A stretch of DNA of 63,836 nt, counting the filler, from Octopus bimaculoides (taxonomy: Eukaryota): the NCBI RefSeq assembly GCF_001194135.2. It is 7 parts of 7 records of this genome, joined end to end, with 100 filler letters (N's around TTAATTAATTAA, not from the genome) between each part and the next. Parts side by side here need not be neighbours in the genome. Positions count along the whole stretch, not along the records: positions 1 to 11,188 come from NC_069008.1; positions 11,289 to 16,732 come from NC_068983.1; positions 16,833 to 46,430 come from NC_068989.1; 4 more parts are not named here. One strand, 5' to 3'. A program made the translations under genes and the position numbers. Position 1 is the stretch's first letter. Each line of letters starts with the position of its first letter. Shown here one piece after another: positions 10,529 to 22,300 of the stretch. The notes beneath the pieces are model-generated. The model was not told the origin of the DNA, ran no database searches, and saw nothing but the letters and a program-made list of their open reading frames with translations.

Positions 10529-11358
10529 CATTACCCATTTTCCTTTACTTTATTCAAAAATTCTTATCGCTCCTTTTAAAATTACGATTTAAGCGTTGAT
10601 GTCTCAGCCCAAAGAATAAACCCAGCATGATGTGCTGCTTGACTGGTCCCCCCCTCTCTCTCTCTTTATATATATATATCTTTCTCTCGCCATGCCTCCG
10701 CCTATCTCACGCTCTCTAATATATGCCTTTCTCTTGCCATGCCTCTGTCTATCTCACTCTCTCTAAATCAGTCTCTCTCTCTCTCTCTACTCCTCTCTAT
10801 CATAGTTTCCTTAAGGATTCAGGTTCCGGGGACATAAATAAGTCTCCAACATTATGCTGCAGATAAGATAGAGATTTTTATTTATTTACTGCCTCAACAT
10901 TTTTCTCATACCTTTTTGCGCTTTAGTCTGTTCTCTATTATTTATTTGTTTCTCTCCATGAAATTCAATTGAACTCAGTTTTTGTCTTAAATTCATACTT
11001 ATTCATTTTCTAAGCTTAGCCATCTTTCTTTGCACAAAGGCTTCCTAAATTCAAGCTACTTATCTATTCTATTTACCTAGGTTTCATTGCTCTTTTAAAA
11101 ATTACGATTTATGCATTGTTGTCTCTCAAATATTTAGAATATACGATTAAGAAGTCTATCTCCTGGCTGGTGGTACACCCGCCCTCCCNNNNNNNNNNNN
11201 NNNNNNNNNNNNNNNNNNNNNNNNNNNNNNNNTTAATTAATTAANNNNNNNNNNNNNNNNNNNNNNNNNNNNNNNNNNNNNNNNNNNNTGTAGTCTAGAC
11301 AGCGTTTTTAGATTTCATTATTCTCTTTAACCCGGGCAAAGCCGGGTATTTCTGCTAG
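10480..11358 (+). mobile_element. Non-autonomous Helitron (3' end certain, 5' end approximate, spans a gap)
   Basis: Canonical 3' hairpin CCCGG-gcaaag-CCGGG (11331-11346), then CTAG (11355-11358) followed by T; (CTAT)n and internal repeats upstream. Confidence 0.65.
11233..11244. other. Artificial scaffold linker TTAATTAATTAA in a 100-bp N spacer
   Basis: 44 N + 12-mer + 44 N; identical at 16777, 46475, 57099, 60416, 62662. Confidence 0.95.
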
Positions 11359-11779
11359 TTTATAATATTTGAATCATTTCCGGAGGAAAGTCCTGACATT
11401 GTTTAGTATTATAAAGCATAGGCTTCACCATACTGCCCGAAGTAATGAAGAGATCACTCAAGAGATACTCACACACGCAGTCACACACACACACAGTCAC
11501 ATACACAGTCACACACACACACACATAGAGTCACACACACACACACACATATTGTCCATCTGTAGGTGTGAAAATTTGGCATATTTTTTAAAATAATAAA
11601 TCTCTGAGGTTCATGATTTACAGACACCATTCGAATGAAAAACAATTGGTAAGGTAAGTGTTAATGTAATTTATTCATTGGGCTTATGTCTTTTCCTCGC
11701 TATTGAGGACTGGTAATTGGCGGTCCTGATTATGGGGTTGACTGGTGACGGTGACCTTGGTGCAGAGTAGCAGTTGGTA

Positions 11780-12091
11780 CTAAGTTGGTATATCAGTGTT
11801 GTCGGCAGTCAGAGGCTTGAAATTTGCCAGAAGGGCATACCGCTGGTGACAGCAGTAAGACCAATTGTATTTCTTATTGATGGATACTGCGGTTTGTTGG
11901 AGGATATGCAGTTTTTCGCGGGGGCAGAGCTGGCACTTGGGGGCGCAGGGTGAATATAGTGACAATAGTCCACTTGATGCTAGGTGTTTCATCTCGGAGG
12001 TCACGGAGTCTCCAGAGAAAACGAGACAGGGAGGTAGAGTTCTCTCTGCCCCTGGATCTGAACGAGTGCATATGCTGAGAGTATACACCAA
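11780..12091 (-). pseudogene. Penelope-like (Neptune-type) GIY-YIG C-terminal remnant
   Basis: ENSTSLSRFLWRLRD...PSIKWTI and CQLCPREKLHIL...CCHQRYALLANFKP; same family as 18298-18630. Confidence 0.8.
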
Positions 12092-12104
12092 CAGATTACA
12101 TTAC

Positions 12105-12498
12105 TAGGCACTATACGAGTATGACAGCCATTGACTTCAAGGCTCGTCTTCTAGGCTGTAATTTCCGGTTCGGAATTTCTGGAACCACCGTTGACACTGG
12201 CTTTAATATTCCTCGTATTCCATTAATATTCTTCGTACATTCCGTTGCGTTGTTGCCTTTATTGAACTCATAAAGCAAAATATGCCGAATATGCTCCTTT
12301 GTCACTTCCATTATAACTTTGAAAAAATAACTATTAAAATCGAACTGCACTCTTCAAAACTTGCACTAAGAATTAGGGCAAGGTAAAATTACTACCTGCT
12401 TTTATAGTAAGTTGATGCAGGTAGTTTATCCCGTCCCACTCTGACTTTCAGTTCATGCAATTGAAAAAACTGCATTACTTATGGGATGACTCAATATA
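12105..12498 (-). mobile_element. mariner 5' fragment with TIR
   Basis: MEVTKEHIRHILLYEFNKGNNATE (HTH N-terminus); TIR-like TA-TATTGAGTCATCCCATAAGTAATGCAGTTTTTT at 12498-12464. Confidence 0.8.
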
Positions 12499-12579
12499 AT
12501 TATTCATTTATATTTATATAAGGGCATTACTACAGAATAATGCCACGCCCTTATATAAATGTAAATGAATAATTATATT
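12493..12579. repeat. 33-bp inverted repeat (small hairpin/MITE-like)
   Basis: AATATAATTATTCATTTATATTTATATAAGGGC / GCCCTTATATAAATGTAAATGAATAATTATATT, one G-T mismatch. Confidence 0.85.
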
Positions 12580-12678
12580 CTTGGGATTAAAATATTCCCT
12601 TATGAATTTTTTTACACACTAGCTTCCTGATAAAATTCTTGTAAAATATTTTTATCCCATTATTGGATGACCCAATAT

Positions 12679-12773
<95 letters not shown>

Positions 12774-12849
12774 CATATATAAGCATATATATTTATAAAG
12801 AGAGAGACTCACACACAACATGTGAGTATATTAATATATATGTATCGTT

Positions 12850-13045
12850 TATCTTTTGTTTCAATCATTAGACTACGGCCACGCTGAGGTACCGCTTTAA
12901 AGAATTTTTAGTCGAATGTACCGACCTCAGGACTATTTTTTTTAAGCCTGGTACTTATTTTATCGATTACCTATGCCGAACCGCTATGTTGTGGTGACGT
13001 AAACAAACACCGGCTGTCAAGCGGAAATGGGGGACAAACAGACAC
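12850..13045 (-). mobile_element. SINE 3' half (abundant CORE-like family)
   Basis: Matches the reverse complement of the 3' half of the 50431-50811 copy. Confidence 0.75.
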
Positions 13046-13096
13046 AAAGACATGTATATATGTATGTATATATATATATCTGTGTGTGTGTGTATG

Positions 13097-13137
<41 letters not shown>

Positions 13138-13451
13138 CTCTACCTCTCGTTGCTCACTTTTATTCTACTTCCTCCCCTTCTTTTCCCTCTGCTGCTCTTT
13201 CTCTTTACACAGAGCTGGTCACGTGTGTCCGGCTGCTTTTCGTTCTTGGACTCCCCAAGCTCGCACATACTTTTTTGCCCCTCCTGTTCGTGCTTCACAG
13301 CGTTCAATACATACACACTTCACGTCTGGCTGTACAGTCTTTTTGCTTGTTTGTTTATTCACCGTTTCGTTTTCCTGTCTTGTTTTCCGTCCGCCACTAC
13401 CCTCCACGAAAATAATTTAATTTGTGTTCGTGGGAAGAACCATTTCAACGA

Positions 13452-13512
13452 TGCATACTGCCTTAATTCTTCGAAACGCCGGTGTTTTAATGGTGGCAGC
13501 TGATGAAGGAGA
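13452..13512 (+). ncRNA. Order-permuted hammerhead-like motif (diverged family C relative)
   Basis: ATA-CTGCC(13455-62) ... TCTTC-GAAACGC(13468-79) ... GGCAG-CTGATGA-A-GGAGA(13495-13512); stems I and II pair, stem III has one mismatch. Confidence 0.4.
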
Positions 13513-15169
13513 TATTTCTATGTGGTTTGCTTGTTTGTTGTACCTTGTTTATCATTTTGTTCATGTTCTTTTGCCACGTCATGTANNNNNNNNNNNNNNN
13601 NNNNNNNNNNNNNNNNNNNNNNNNNNNNNNNNNNNNNNNNNNNNNNNNNNNNNNNNNNNNNNNNNNNNNNNNNNNNNNNNNNNNNNNNNNNNNNNNNNNN
13701 NNNNNNNNNNNNNNNNNNNNNNNNNNNNNNNNNNNNNNNNNNNNNNNNNNNNNNNNNNNNNNNNNNNNNNNNNNNNNNNNNNNNNNNNNNNNNNNNNNNN
13801 NNNNNNNNNNNNNNNNNNNNNNNNNNNNNNNNNNNNNNNNNNNNNNNNNNNNNNNNNNNNNNNNNNNNNNNNNNNNNNNNNNNNNNNNNNNNNNNNNNNN
13901 NNNNNNNNNNNNNNNNNNNNNNNNNNNNNNNNNNNNNNNNNNNNNNNNNNNNNNNNNNNNNNNNNNNNNNNNNNNNNNNNNNNNNNNGTGTGTGTGTGTG
14001 TGTGTGTGTGTGTGACAGACGAAACTTTCGTTACATGGTAGAATACATTAAAAGGAGAAAACTTTTAATCTTTCAACTCTTTTAAAGGTCAATCACCTTT
14101 CTTAACGTTTGTGAATGGGCGTTCATGTACTTATAATGCCTGCTTGATGATGACATTCGACAAAATATGGAAACCCACTAGGATGTGTATTTTCACAATT
14201 GTAGTTTATTCAGCTATATAATATATTTTTGCTTTTTCTTCTTTTTAACTTAGTTCTAGAAATCTCTGGCGAAATGGTTTCGTATCAGTTTCACAGCATT
14301 TTTTAAAAAATGCTCCCTTCACCCGCGAACTTTAGAAAATATTACTTATTAGCAACAGTCATCCTGTTTAGAGTGACGTTCATAGTGACGTAACGATGAA
14401 ATGCAGAGCTAAAACAGAAAAAAAAAATATGCTAAAGTCAATTATTGTCGTATCTACACGTCTGTTCTTTCTATCCCAATACACCCACATATACACGCGT
14501 TAACATCTAAGAGAATAGTATGAAACCTAAAACAAGGTTCCGGGTCTGTGGTATTATTCACTTTTTGTTAGTTCGTTTGTAGTTTTTTTTTTTAACTAAA
14601 GCATTTCTATTTTAACAGAAACTGCCGCTTTTATTCATAAAAGTACATTCTGCAAAGTATCATGCTCAACAAGAGTTTTTGATTAACATTAGAGAGAAAA
14701 AAATAAATCATATTTGAATTAAACATAAACGACTCACTCTTTCGTTCATTTTTCATTCAATGATGGCAGCATAAAAATGCAAATGATGATAATAATAACA
14801 CTAGCTTAACACGAAATTATACTCCAGAAGATCAAATAACGGTTGTATTCTCACTAGAAAACATTACGTCAGTTTTATATTTTCAATGACTTCAGACTTT
14901 TAAAACTGAATGAATTAGTTTTCCGTTAAATAAAAGGTGCTGGGAGGAGGGAGAACCAGTTGTGTTGCTACTCAAGCTCACTTCTGTACCAACGGATGTG
15001 TGTGTGTGTGCATGTAGACAAAGAGAGAGGGAGAAAGAGAGAGAAAGCTTGTAAATATTAGGTTAAACCACTCTTTCGATAGAAAAGTCGTTGGCGTCAT
15101 AGGAATTATAAACTTCGAGAGAACGTGAAATAATTCTTTTTTGGGACGGTGAACCTTGAAGCAGAAAAG

Positions 15170-15290
15170 CTACAAGTATTCCTTTCTACTAAAGGCACAA
15201 AGTCTGAAATGTTGGGGGAGGGGACAAGTCGATTACATCAGGAATTCGAAGGATTGCTCTGGTCCAAGCGGTAGAACGCCAGTCATGTTT
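15170..15290 (+). mobile_element. SINE fragment (same family as 17140-17436)
   Basis: TATTCCTTTCTACTAAAGGCACAA...GGGGAGGGGACAAGTCGATTACATC. Confidence 0.6.
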
Positions 15291-15429
15291 ATAGAAAATA
15301 TGAGTTCAAGTGATAAACTTTTTCTATCCAAGAGTTTTTTTATTAATATTTACACGCTATTATTTGTAGCTTTATCTGCTTCAAGATCCACTATTCCAAA
15401 AAGAGTTTATAAATTCTTGACAACAATAT

Positions 15430-15477
<48 letters not shown>

Positions 15478-15910
15478 AAATAGTAAATGAGTATATGCAT
15501 ATATACGTACAGGTATGTGCATACCNNNNNNNNNNNNNNNNNNNNNNNNNNNNNNNNNNNNNNNNNNNNNNNNNNNNNNNNNNNNNNNNNNNNNNNNNNN
15601 NNNNNNNNNNNNNNNNNNNNNNNNNNNNNNNNNNNNNNNNNNNNNNNNNNNNNNNNNNNNNNNNNNNNNNNNNNNNNNNNNNNNNNNNNNNNNNNNNNNN
15701 NNNNNNNNNNNNNNNNNNNNNNNNNNNNNNNNNNNNNNNNNNNNNNNNNNNNNNNNNNNNNNNNNNNNNNNNNNNNNNNNNNNNNNNNNNNNNNNNNNNN
15801 NNNNNNNNNNNNNNNNNNNNNNNNNNNNNNNNNNNNNNNNNNNNNNNNNNNNNNNNNNNNNNNNNNNNNNNNNNNNNNNNNNNNNNNNNNNNNNNNNNNN
15901 NNNNNNNNNN

Positions 15911-16030
15911 GACGCTCGGGAAAGGAAAGAAAGAGAATTTGACATCTCGAGCGGAGCTCTTCGTCGGAAACATAGGAGAGTCCAAAGAAGGGAAAGTCGG
16001 AGGAAGAAAAAATCGCCAACGATATCCACG
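15911..16030 (-). mobile_element. Family A terminal repeat
   Basis: Minus strand CCGACGA-A-GAGC-tcc-GCTC-GAGAT-GTC-AAATTCTCTTTC...TTCCCGAGCGTC. Confidence 0.55.
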
Positions 16031-16138
16031 AGGTTACATTGTGGAATAACCGGAAGGGAAAGGGTGGAGAAAAAGTTCTTTCTAAGACAGGATAGTGCTG
16101 CGAGTGGAATGAGCTTACATCGCTAGCTAGTGATTAAC

Positions 16139-16181
16139 ACACGCTGAGGACGGGTAACCACCCAGAAACTCGAGTCTGTGT
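16139..16181 (+). ncRNA. Type I hammerhead ribozyme motif (family B, copy 2)
   Basis: ACACG-CTGAGGA-C-GGGT-aacc-ACCC-A-GAAAC-TCGA-GTC-TGTGT: intact core, palindromic loop TCGA, GUC site at 16174-16176; stem II closes with a C.A mismatch. Confidence 0.8.
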
Positions 16182-16345
16182 ATATCACGTAAGGCTAGAG
16201 ATGGGAGCGGTGACCTCCCCTCGCAAATACTAATCGGACATAGACTGCGTGTCGTTAGCCAGCTGGAGGAGATGTCTTCCTGGGGCTATAAACAACAGTA
16301 GCACTGTCTTGTATAGGACGCCACACTTAGTTGGGAAATATATGT
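16139..16345 (+). mobile_element. Family B hammerhead-bearing repeat terminus, copy 2
   Basis: Homologous to 29-215; ends at (TA)n. Confidence 0.65.
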
Positions 16346-16832
16346 TACGATATATATATATTGTTATATTTCTGGTCGTTTTTTGTCCTGTTTAGTCCAT
16401 TCTCTAAACACAGAATGAACTAAAGAGAACAGGAGGCGAGGAAACACGTGGATGGAAGAGTCACTGAACAGGTCACAGATATATGACAAAAGATTTCCAG
16501 ACAATGGATATAAGATAAAATAAAAACAATAATAAACGAGTGAAAAAGGAATATATAGTGCATGTGTTTATTTGGCAAGAAAGAAAAAAAAAATGACTAT
16601 CCAGAAATATAACAACACACACACACACACACACATACATACACACTTGCTGAGTATTCCGGGAATAGCACACCTACATAAGTAAGATTTTCTCGGTTTT
16701 AACGGAAATTTTCAAGTTTTGTTTTTCACCACNNNNNNNNNNNNNNNNNNNNNNNNNNNNNNNNNNNNNNNNNNNNTTAATTAATTAANNNNNNNNNNNN
16801 NNNNNNNNNNNNNNNNNNNNNNNNNNNNNNNN

Positions 16833-16883
<51 letters not shown>

Positions 16884-17139
16884 TACAATGTTTTCATTAA
16901 TCAATTAACGGAGTCGTTAGAAACGGCCGTGATGGATTGACATCTGTACCTCTACTGTTACTCATTAATATTTCATTCACTTGTCACGGAATCTGCCCTT
17001 CGTAAATATTATGGACCGTACATTCGATATAATGTACATATCTAAATAGCTCAACAGCTGATTTCTTCACTCAGCTGGGTCTAATTGTCTACATACACTG
17101 CAAGAATATCGTTCGGCCAGTACTTATGTACCAAGTCTG

Positions 17140-17436
17140 ATATTTATGTAATATTCTTTTCTACTCTAGGCACAAGGCCCGAAAGTTTTGGGGAGGGGGT
17201 CAGTCGATTCGATTGACCCCATTACTGATACTTAATTCAGCGACCTCGAAAGGATGAAAGGCAAAGTCGACCTCGGCGGAATTTGAACTCAGAACGTAAA
17301 AACAGGCGAAATACTGCTGAACGAAATGCTTAGCGGTATTTCGTCTGTCTTTACTGGGGTCAATCTAATCGACTGACCCCTTCCCCCAAAATTTCAGGCC
17401 TTGTGCCTAGAGTAGAAAAGATATTTACATAATATT
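17140..17436. mobile_element. tRNA-derived SINE (Meta-domain-like) with its 3' end duplicated in inverted orientation
   Basis: Arms ~17140-17221 and ~17355-17436 are reverse complements; the centre on the minus strand has B-box GAGTTCAAATTCC and GTCGACTTTGCCTTTCATCCTTTC. Confidence 0.75.
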
Positions 17437-17557
17437 GCTGTGTGTGTATATTATTCCGACCTAAAGAGGCGCCTCAATTTAAGTACCTAATTCAATTAAG
17501 TACCTAATTTAAGTATATATATATGTAGTATATATATATATATATATATTCAACTGA

Positions 17558-17607
<50 letters not shown>

Positions 17608-17631
17608 ACATATACACATGCATACACCCTT

Positions 17632-18630
17632 ATATGTTATAGGACGACGGCCTGGCAATCTCAAGCCATATGAATGATCATGTCATAGACAAGTTTAGGA
17701 AGGACCTGATAAAAATATTTTAAAAATTTAACTTGTCCATAGCGGTTACCAGAAACTAGATCATGGCCGACGACGTAGACGTGACCCTACACCTGAAAAT
17801 GGACAAGAACTACCCTTACAGGAAGCCCAAGGAGGAAACTGGGTACATCCACAGAAGCTCGAATCATCTACCCGTTGTTATTAGAGACCCATTTTCAGGT
17901 GTTAACAGAAACTTATATAAGCTTTCAGCCGATAGAGAATGCTTCAACAGAGACGCCAACCCCTACAACAATGGTGCATTGGTGAAGAATAGATTTTCTT
18001 AGAAGTTAGCATGTATGGAGTATTCCCAGCCTCAACCCCACAACCAGAAAGAGAAAGCTAATCAGGTTCAATCCTCCATTTTACCTAATCTTTTCAAGCC
18101 ACATAAAGTAAAGGTGAGCTACTTCTGCTTAGATAAAAAATTGTTTCTTGCACTGCACGCTACAACAGAGGCAAATATGCACCCACACAACCTCCAACCC
18201 CAACCTGTAATTGCGGAAACCCTAGCAGCTACCTTCCAGAAGGATCTATAGAGCAATCCTCACCCCATCCGATGTCATCGAAAGGCACTACACAAACATG
18301 ACGGTCAATGGTTTCAATAGAAGGCACATGCAGCATATGCTTAGATGCAAGGACAGAGAGAATTCCACCTCTTTGTCTCGTTTCCTCTGGGGACTTTGCG
18401 ACCTCCGGAATGAAACCCCAAACATTGAACAGACCATCATCGACAGGGCCCTATGTTACTCATTCGGTGCCTGCAACTGCCAGCTCTGTTTCCGCGAAAG
18501 ACAGCATATTCTCCACAAATCTGTAGTATCTATCATCAGGAAAATACGAACTTATTGCTTCCATCAGATGTATGCTCTCCTGGTGAAGTTCAAACCACTG
18601 GCCGCTGACAACCAAGATATACCACCTTAA
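17632..18630 (+). pseudogene. Penelope-like (Neptune-type) RT C-terminus plus GIY-YIG remnant
   Basis: Frameshifted Y(R)DDGL at ~17637-17655; DVTLHL...YPYRKP...YIHRSSNH; ENSTSLSRFLW...CQLCFRERQHIL. Confidence 0.85.
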
Positions 18631-19095
18631 CATTGACTACATCTCAACACTCGCTTCCCTATAACCAAAGACTGTTCCTAACCACCGATCACTACGCAAA
18701 ACCAGGTTGACCTTCCAACCTTATGTACACCTTGTAACTCCCCACGCCCGCCTCCATATACGTGGGTGTGCACACACACACACATACATCTACGTACATA
18801 TGCTTTTCCTCTTTTTCTTTTGTCCCCCGAACACAATCAAACTCCCCCCCCCTCTAACACCGTCAAACCTCAATCCAAAGNNNNNNNNNNCCCCCCCCCT
18901 CTAACACCGTCAAACCTCAATCCAAAGCCAAATTCTATCCTCCACCCACAGCGCTGTTGCGACCACAGTAGCATACATTTGTCATCTCGCATGCACAAGC
19001 ACGTGAACTCACCAGATGAAAAAAAGCACCCACGTGAAGCAGATACATACGAAGAGGCACCAGACACTATATCTACGCATTCATACATCTTGTAT

Positions 19096-19127
<32 letters not shown>

Positions 19128-19128
<1 letters not shown>

Positions 19129-19393
19129 AACAAATAGTAAACGAGTATATGCATATATACGTACAGGTATGTGCATACCGACATCCACCTGTATGTATAG
19201 GTGCATATCTGGGTACAGGACATTGCAAACAAACGTAGACGAGAAAACACACAAGCCACATAGAGAACATTCTACTTCATCAGCTACCCACGTTTTAACA
19301 CCGGCGTTTCGACGAATATAAAATCAAAATAAGCAACACGGATTTCAAAGATGATTGCAGTACGCACGTTTCATGCTACTCCATTTATTTAAG
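19128..19393 (-). mobile_element. Family C hammerhead-bearing terminus
   Basis: 19321-19393 matches 866-937; 19128-19180 matches 15474-15525; contains GAAAC-GTGC-GTA-CTGCA and a second GAAAC/CTGATGA pair; abuts (TA)n; truncated by a gap. Confidence 0.7.
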
Positions 19394-20033
19394 NNNNNNN
19401 NNNNNNNNNNNNNNNNNNNNNNNNNNNNNNNNNNNNNNNNNNNNNNNNNNNNNNNNNNNNNNNNNNNNNNNNNNNNNNNNNNNNNNNNNNNNNNNNNNNN
19501 NNNNNNNNNNNNNNNNNNNNNNNNNNNNNNNNNNNNNNNNNNNNNNNNNNNNNNNNNNNNNNNNNNNNNNNNNNNNNNNNNNNNNNNNNNNNNNNNNNNN
19601 NNNNNNNNNNNNNNNNNNNNNNNNNNNNNNNNNNNNNNNNNNNNNNNNNNNNNNNNNNNNNNNNNNNNNNNNNNNNNNNNNNNNNNNNNNNNNNNNNNNN
19701 NNNNNNNNNNNNNNNNNNNNNNNNNNNNNNNNNNNNNNNNNNNNNNNNNNNNNNNNNNNNNNNNNNNNNNNNNNNNNNNNNNNNNNNNNNNNNNNNNNNN
19801 NNNNNNNNNNNNNNNNNNNNNNNNNNNNNNNNNNNNNNNNNNNNNNNNNNNNNNNNNNNNNCACACACACACACATACATACATACATACGTACATAACA
19901 TACACATCCTCGCCCGCAAGTACCTTCAAAGACCGGCTAGACAGTAAGGCGCCACCAGCTTCCCATCCAACCACGCAGTCTAAGAAATTCTCTTTAATGC
20001 ATCTTCTGTTGCTGGAATGTCGATCTCACTTCT

Positions 20034-20075
<42 letters not shown>

Positions 20076-20639
20076 CGCGCGCGCATGTGTGTGCGTGCGT
20101 CTGTGTGCTTGGTGCAATATATAAACACGCGTGGATTCGGTGTTGAAAAAAAACACACGTAGAAACACGTGCCCTTCGGTCCGATGATGTCATTCACAAT
20201 CCAGCTCCGTGTGTGCTCACGCATTGTCTTTAAGAGTTTCTCTTTCGAGAGCCACACCGCAGGAAAGGTCTTGCCACGTTTACGTTTACACGAAAGTATT
20301 AACTATAAATGTGCACAGCTTTATTTTAATCATCGTTGCTTTGTGTACATTTAATCTAATTAATATTTATCTTTGCAGGTATGGAGTAAAGCTTTTCTTC
20401 ATAACATGTTATACTGAAAAAACGACTATGTTCTAATTAAATTTTTTATGTTAATGACATTTCGTATCTGCGAACCAGATTGTTATATGTCGTTTGGAAA
20501 CAATAAATTTCCCAAATTCATTTTCATTAGCGTTTTCATGCTACCACAGGCTCAGAATAGAGAGTCGTTTTGGTTTCTGTGTTGCCCTTTTTGTATGGAC
20601 GCCTAATACGTATACAAATTTTTCCTTCAGAAATTGACT

Positions 20640-21620
20640 GTTAGCGCGTTAATGCTCTGTCATAGGATTTGTGGTTGTGACGTATGTAAATTGTATGTTA
20701 ATTATAACCTTGTGCCGCAATATTAATATTGCTTTCAAATTAGTTTTTCTATTTTTGTAGGGAATTCTATATAGTATGGAAGTATTTTCTATCAATGTTT
20801 TTCTATCTAGTTTTGTTTTATAGTATGTGGTGTTGTGTACTGCAATTGGGTCTTGTTTTATAATTCAAGAGGGTTTTATCAGAAAGTGTTTTACTTGTCT
20901 GACCAGTGTAATTGTTGGAATTGTGAAGTTTGCAACTTTCACTTTCACTTTCACTAAAATTTGTAAATTACATACGTCGTTCTAAATTTCTTCTCAGATT
21001 TACATACTTGCAGTGTGTTATTAATCAGGAAGGTTTTCATCTTATTGTTTTTGTTATATTACTAGTGTCAACTAATGGTTTGATGTGACACCTTTTGTGC
21101 TTCGTTTTATAGTATTTTTATTATGCGTTCAACTGTTCTACACATGGTATGCTTTACACATTTTACGCATTATGTGTAAAGCATACCATTTTACACGTTA
21201 TGTGTAAAATACATATTGTTAGTCGGGGTACTGTATAATGGATTTTCTGCATTGTATTCCTGTCTATATTAATCAGTCGCTAAGCCTAATTGTCCATTTA
21301 AACATCCATTGTTGTAATTTTTGGATTTCAATACTAAGTGTTTCATTTGCGGAAGAGAATCTAAAGTTTCTCTCGTTCTGACATTACCATTAACATTTTG
21401 TAGTTATATGAGTATTCACTAACTCCATGCATCTGTTTGTGTCTTCTGTGTAAATTAACGTAATGGATCTATTGTTTTTAATATGTAGGCTTATATCTAG
21501 AAAAGGAATGGTATAAATATTGCTTTGGGTGTTAATTTTTAGTGCTGTTCTACAGGTCCTCCTTAAATTTCTCGACGACGTTTTCGGATATGTTATATTA
21601 CAACAGGCATATCAGCAAGA
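20640..21620 (-). pseudogene. Penelope-like element RT thumb plus GIY-YIG remnant (different subtype)
   Basis: My translation: IPFLDISLHIKNNRSITLIYTEDTN; YVIYKF...NYTGQTSKTLSDK...LDRKTLIENTSIL...KAILI...IINIQ; many stops and shifts. Not in the ORF track. Confidence 0.7.
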
Positions 21621-21832
21621 CTGGAATTCAAAGCACAGAGGGCTAGCAGAAATACCGCAAGACATTTTGTTCAACTTTACCAATTCGTTGTACATATATA
21701 TACATACATACGTCCGTACGTACGCAGTACAGATCTATCTATCTATACCTCCCTCCCTCCCTCCCTACCTGTCTGTCTGTCAGTCAGTCTAGCTGTCTAT
21801 CTCTATGTACTTGTATTTATATATGTATACGC

Positions 21833-21834
<2 letters not shown>

Positions 21835-21911
<77 letters not shown>

Positions 21912-21926
21912 TACATATATATATAT

Positions 21927-21957
<31 letters not shown>

Positions 21958-21960
21958 CAT
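21835..21960. repeat. (TA)n microsatellite
   Basis: Directly visible. Confidence 0.95.
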
Positions 21961-22139
21961 ACGTATATGCACATGTTTGTTCACACGTATAACATACGTA
22001 TATACACATATTTGTACACACATATACATACATACATACACATATCTAAACATATATATTATCTCCCCTTCCTAGCTCTCGTGTGTGATCCTTCTGTCCG
22101 GCATTCGCCATGATAGATCGCTAGCCACTAAACCTTTTT

Positions 22140-22290
22140 CTATTTTCTCTCCCTGTTTATTTCTGTCGAAGAGCGTAGGCTCGAAACGTAAATGACTTTC
22201 TCACTTCCCAAGCGTTAAACGAATACATCTGTTTGTTGTTTACACATCCGTCTTCGTCTTTTGTTCTTTTTTGTAAATTCTCACTATATA
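22140..22290 (+). mobile_element. Family A terminal repeat
   Basis: CTGTCGA-A-GAGC-gtag-GCTC-GAAAC-GTA at 22163-22190; ends at (TA)n. Confidence 0.6.
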
Positions 22291-22300
22291 TATATATATA

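Noticed and set aside
14370-14560. TGACGT and TTCCGG motifs as a promoter
   Set aside because: Short motifs expected by chance; no associated exon.
18845-18930. Apparent tandem duplication around a 10-N gap
   Set aside because: Identical sequence on both sides of a gap indicates unmerged contig overlap.
20162-20190. GAAAC-ACGT-GCC ... CCGATGA permuted hammerhead-like motif
   Set aside because: No UH triplet, too little room for stem I, and stem II does not pair.
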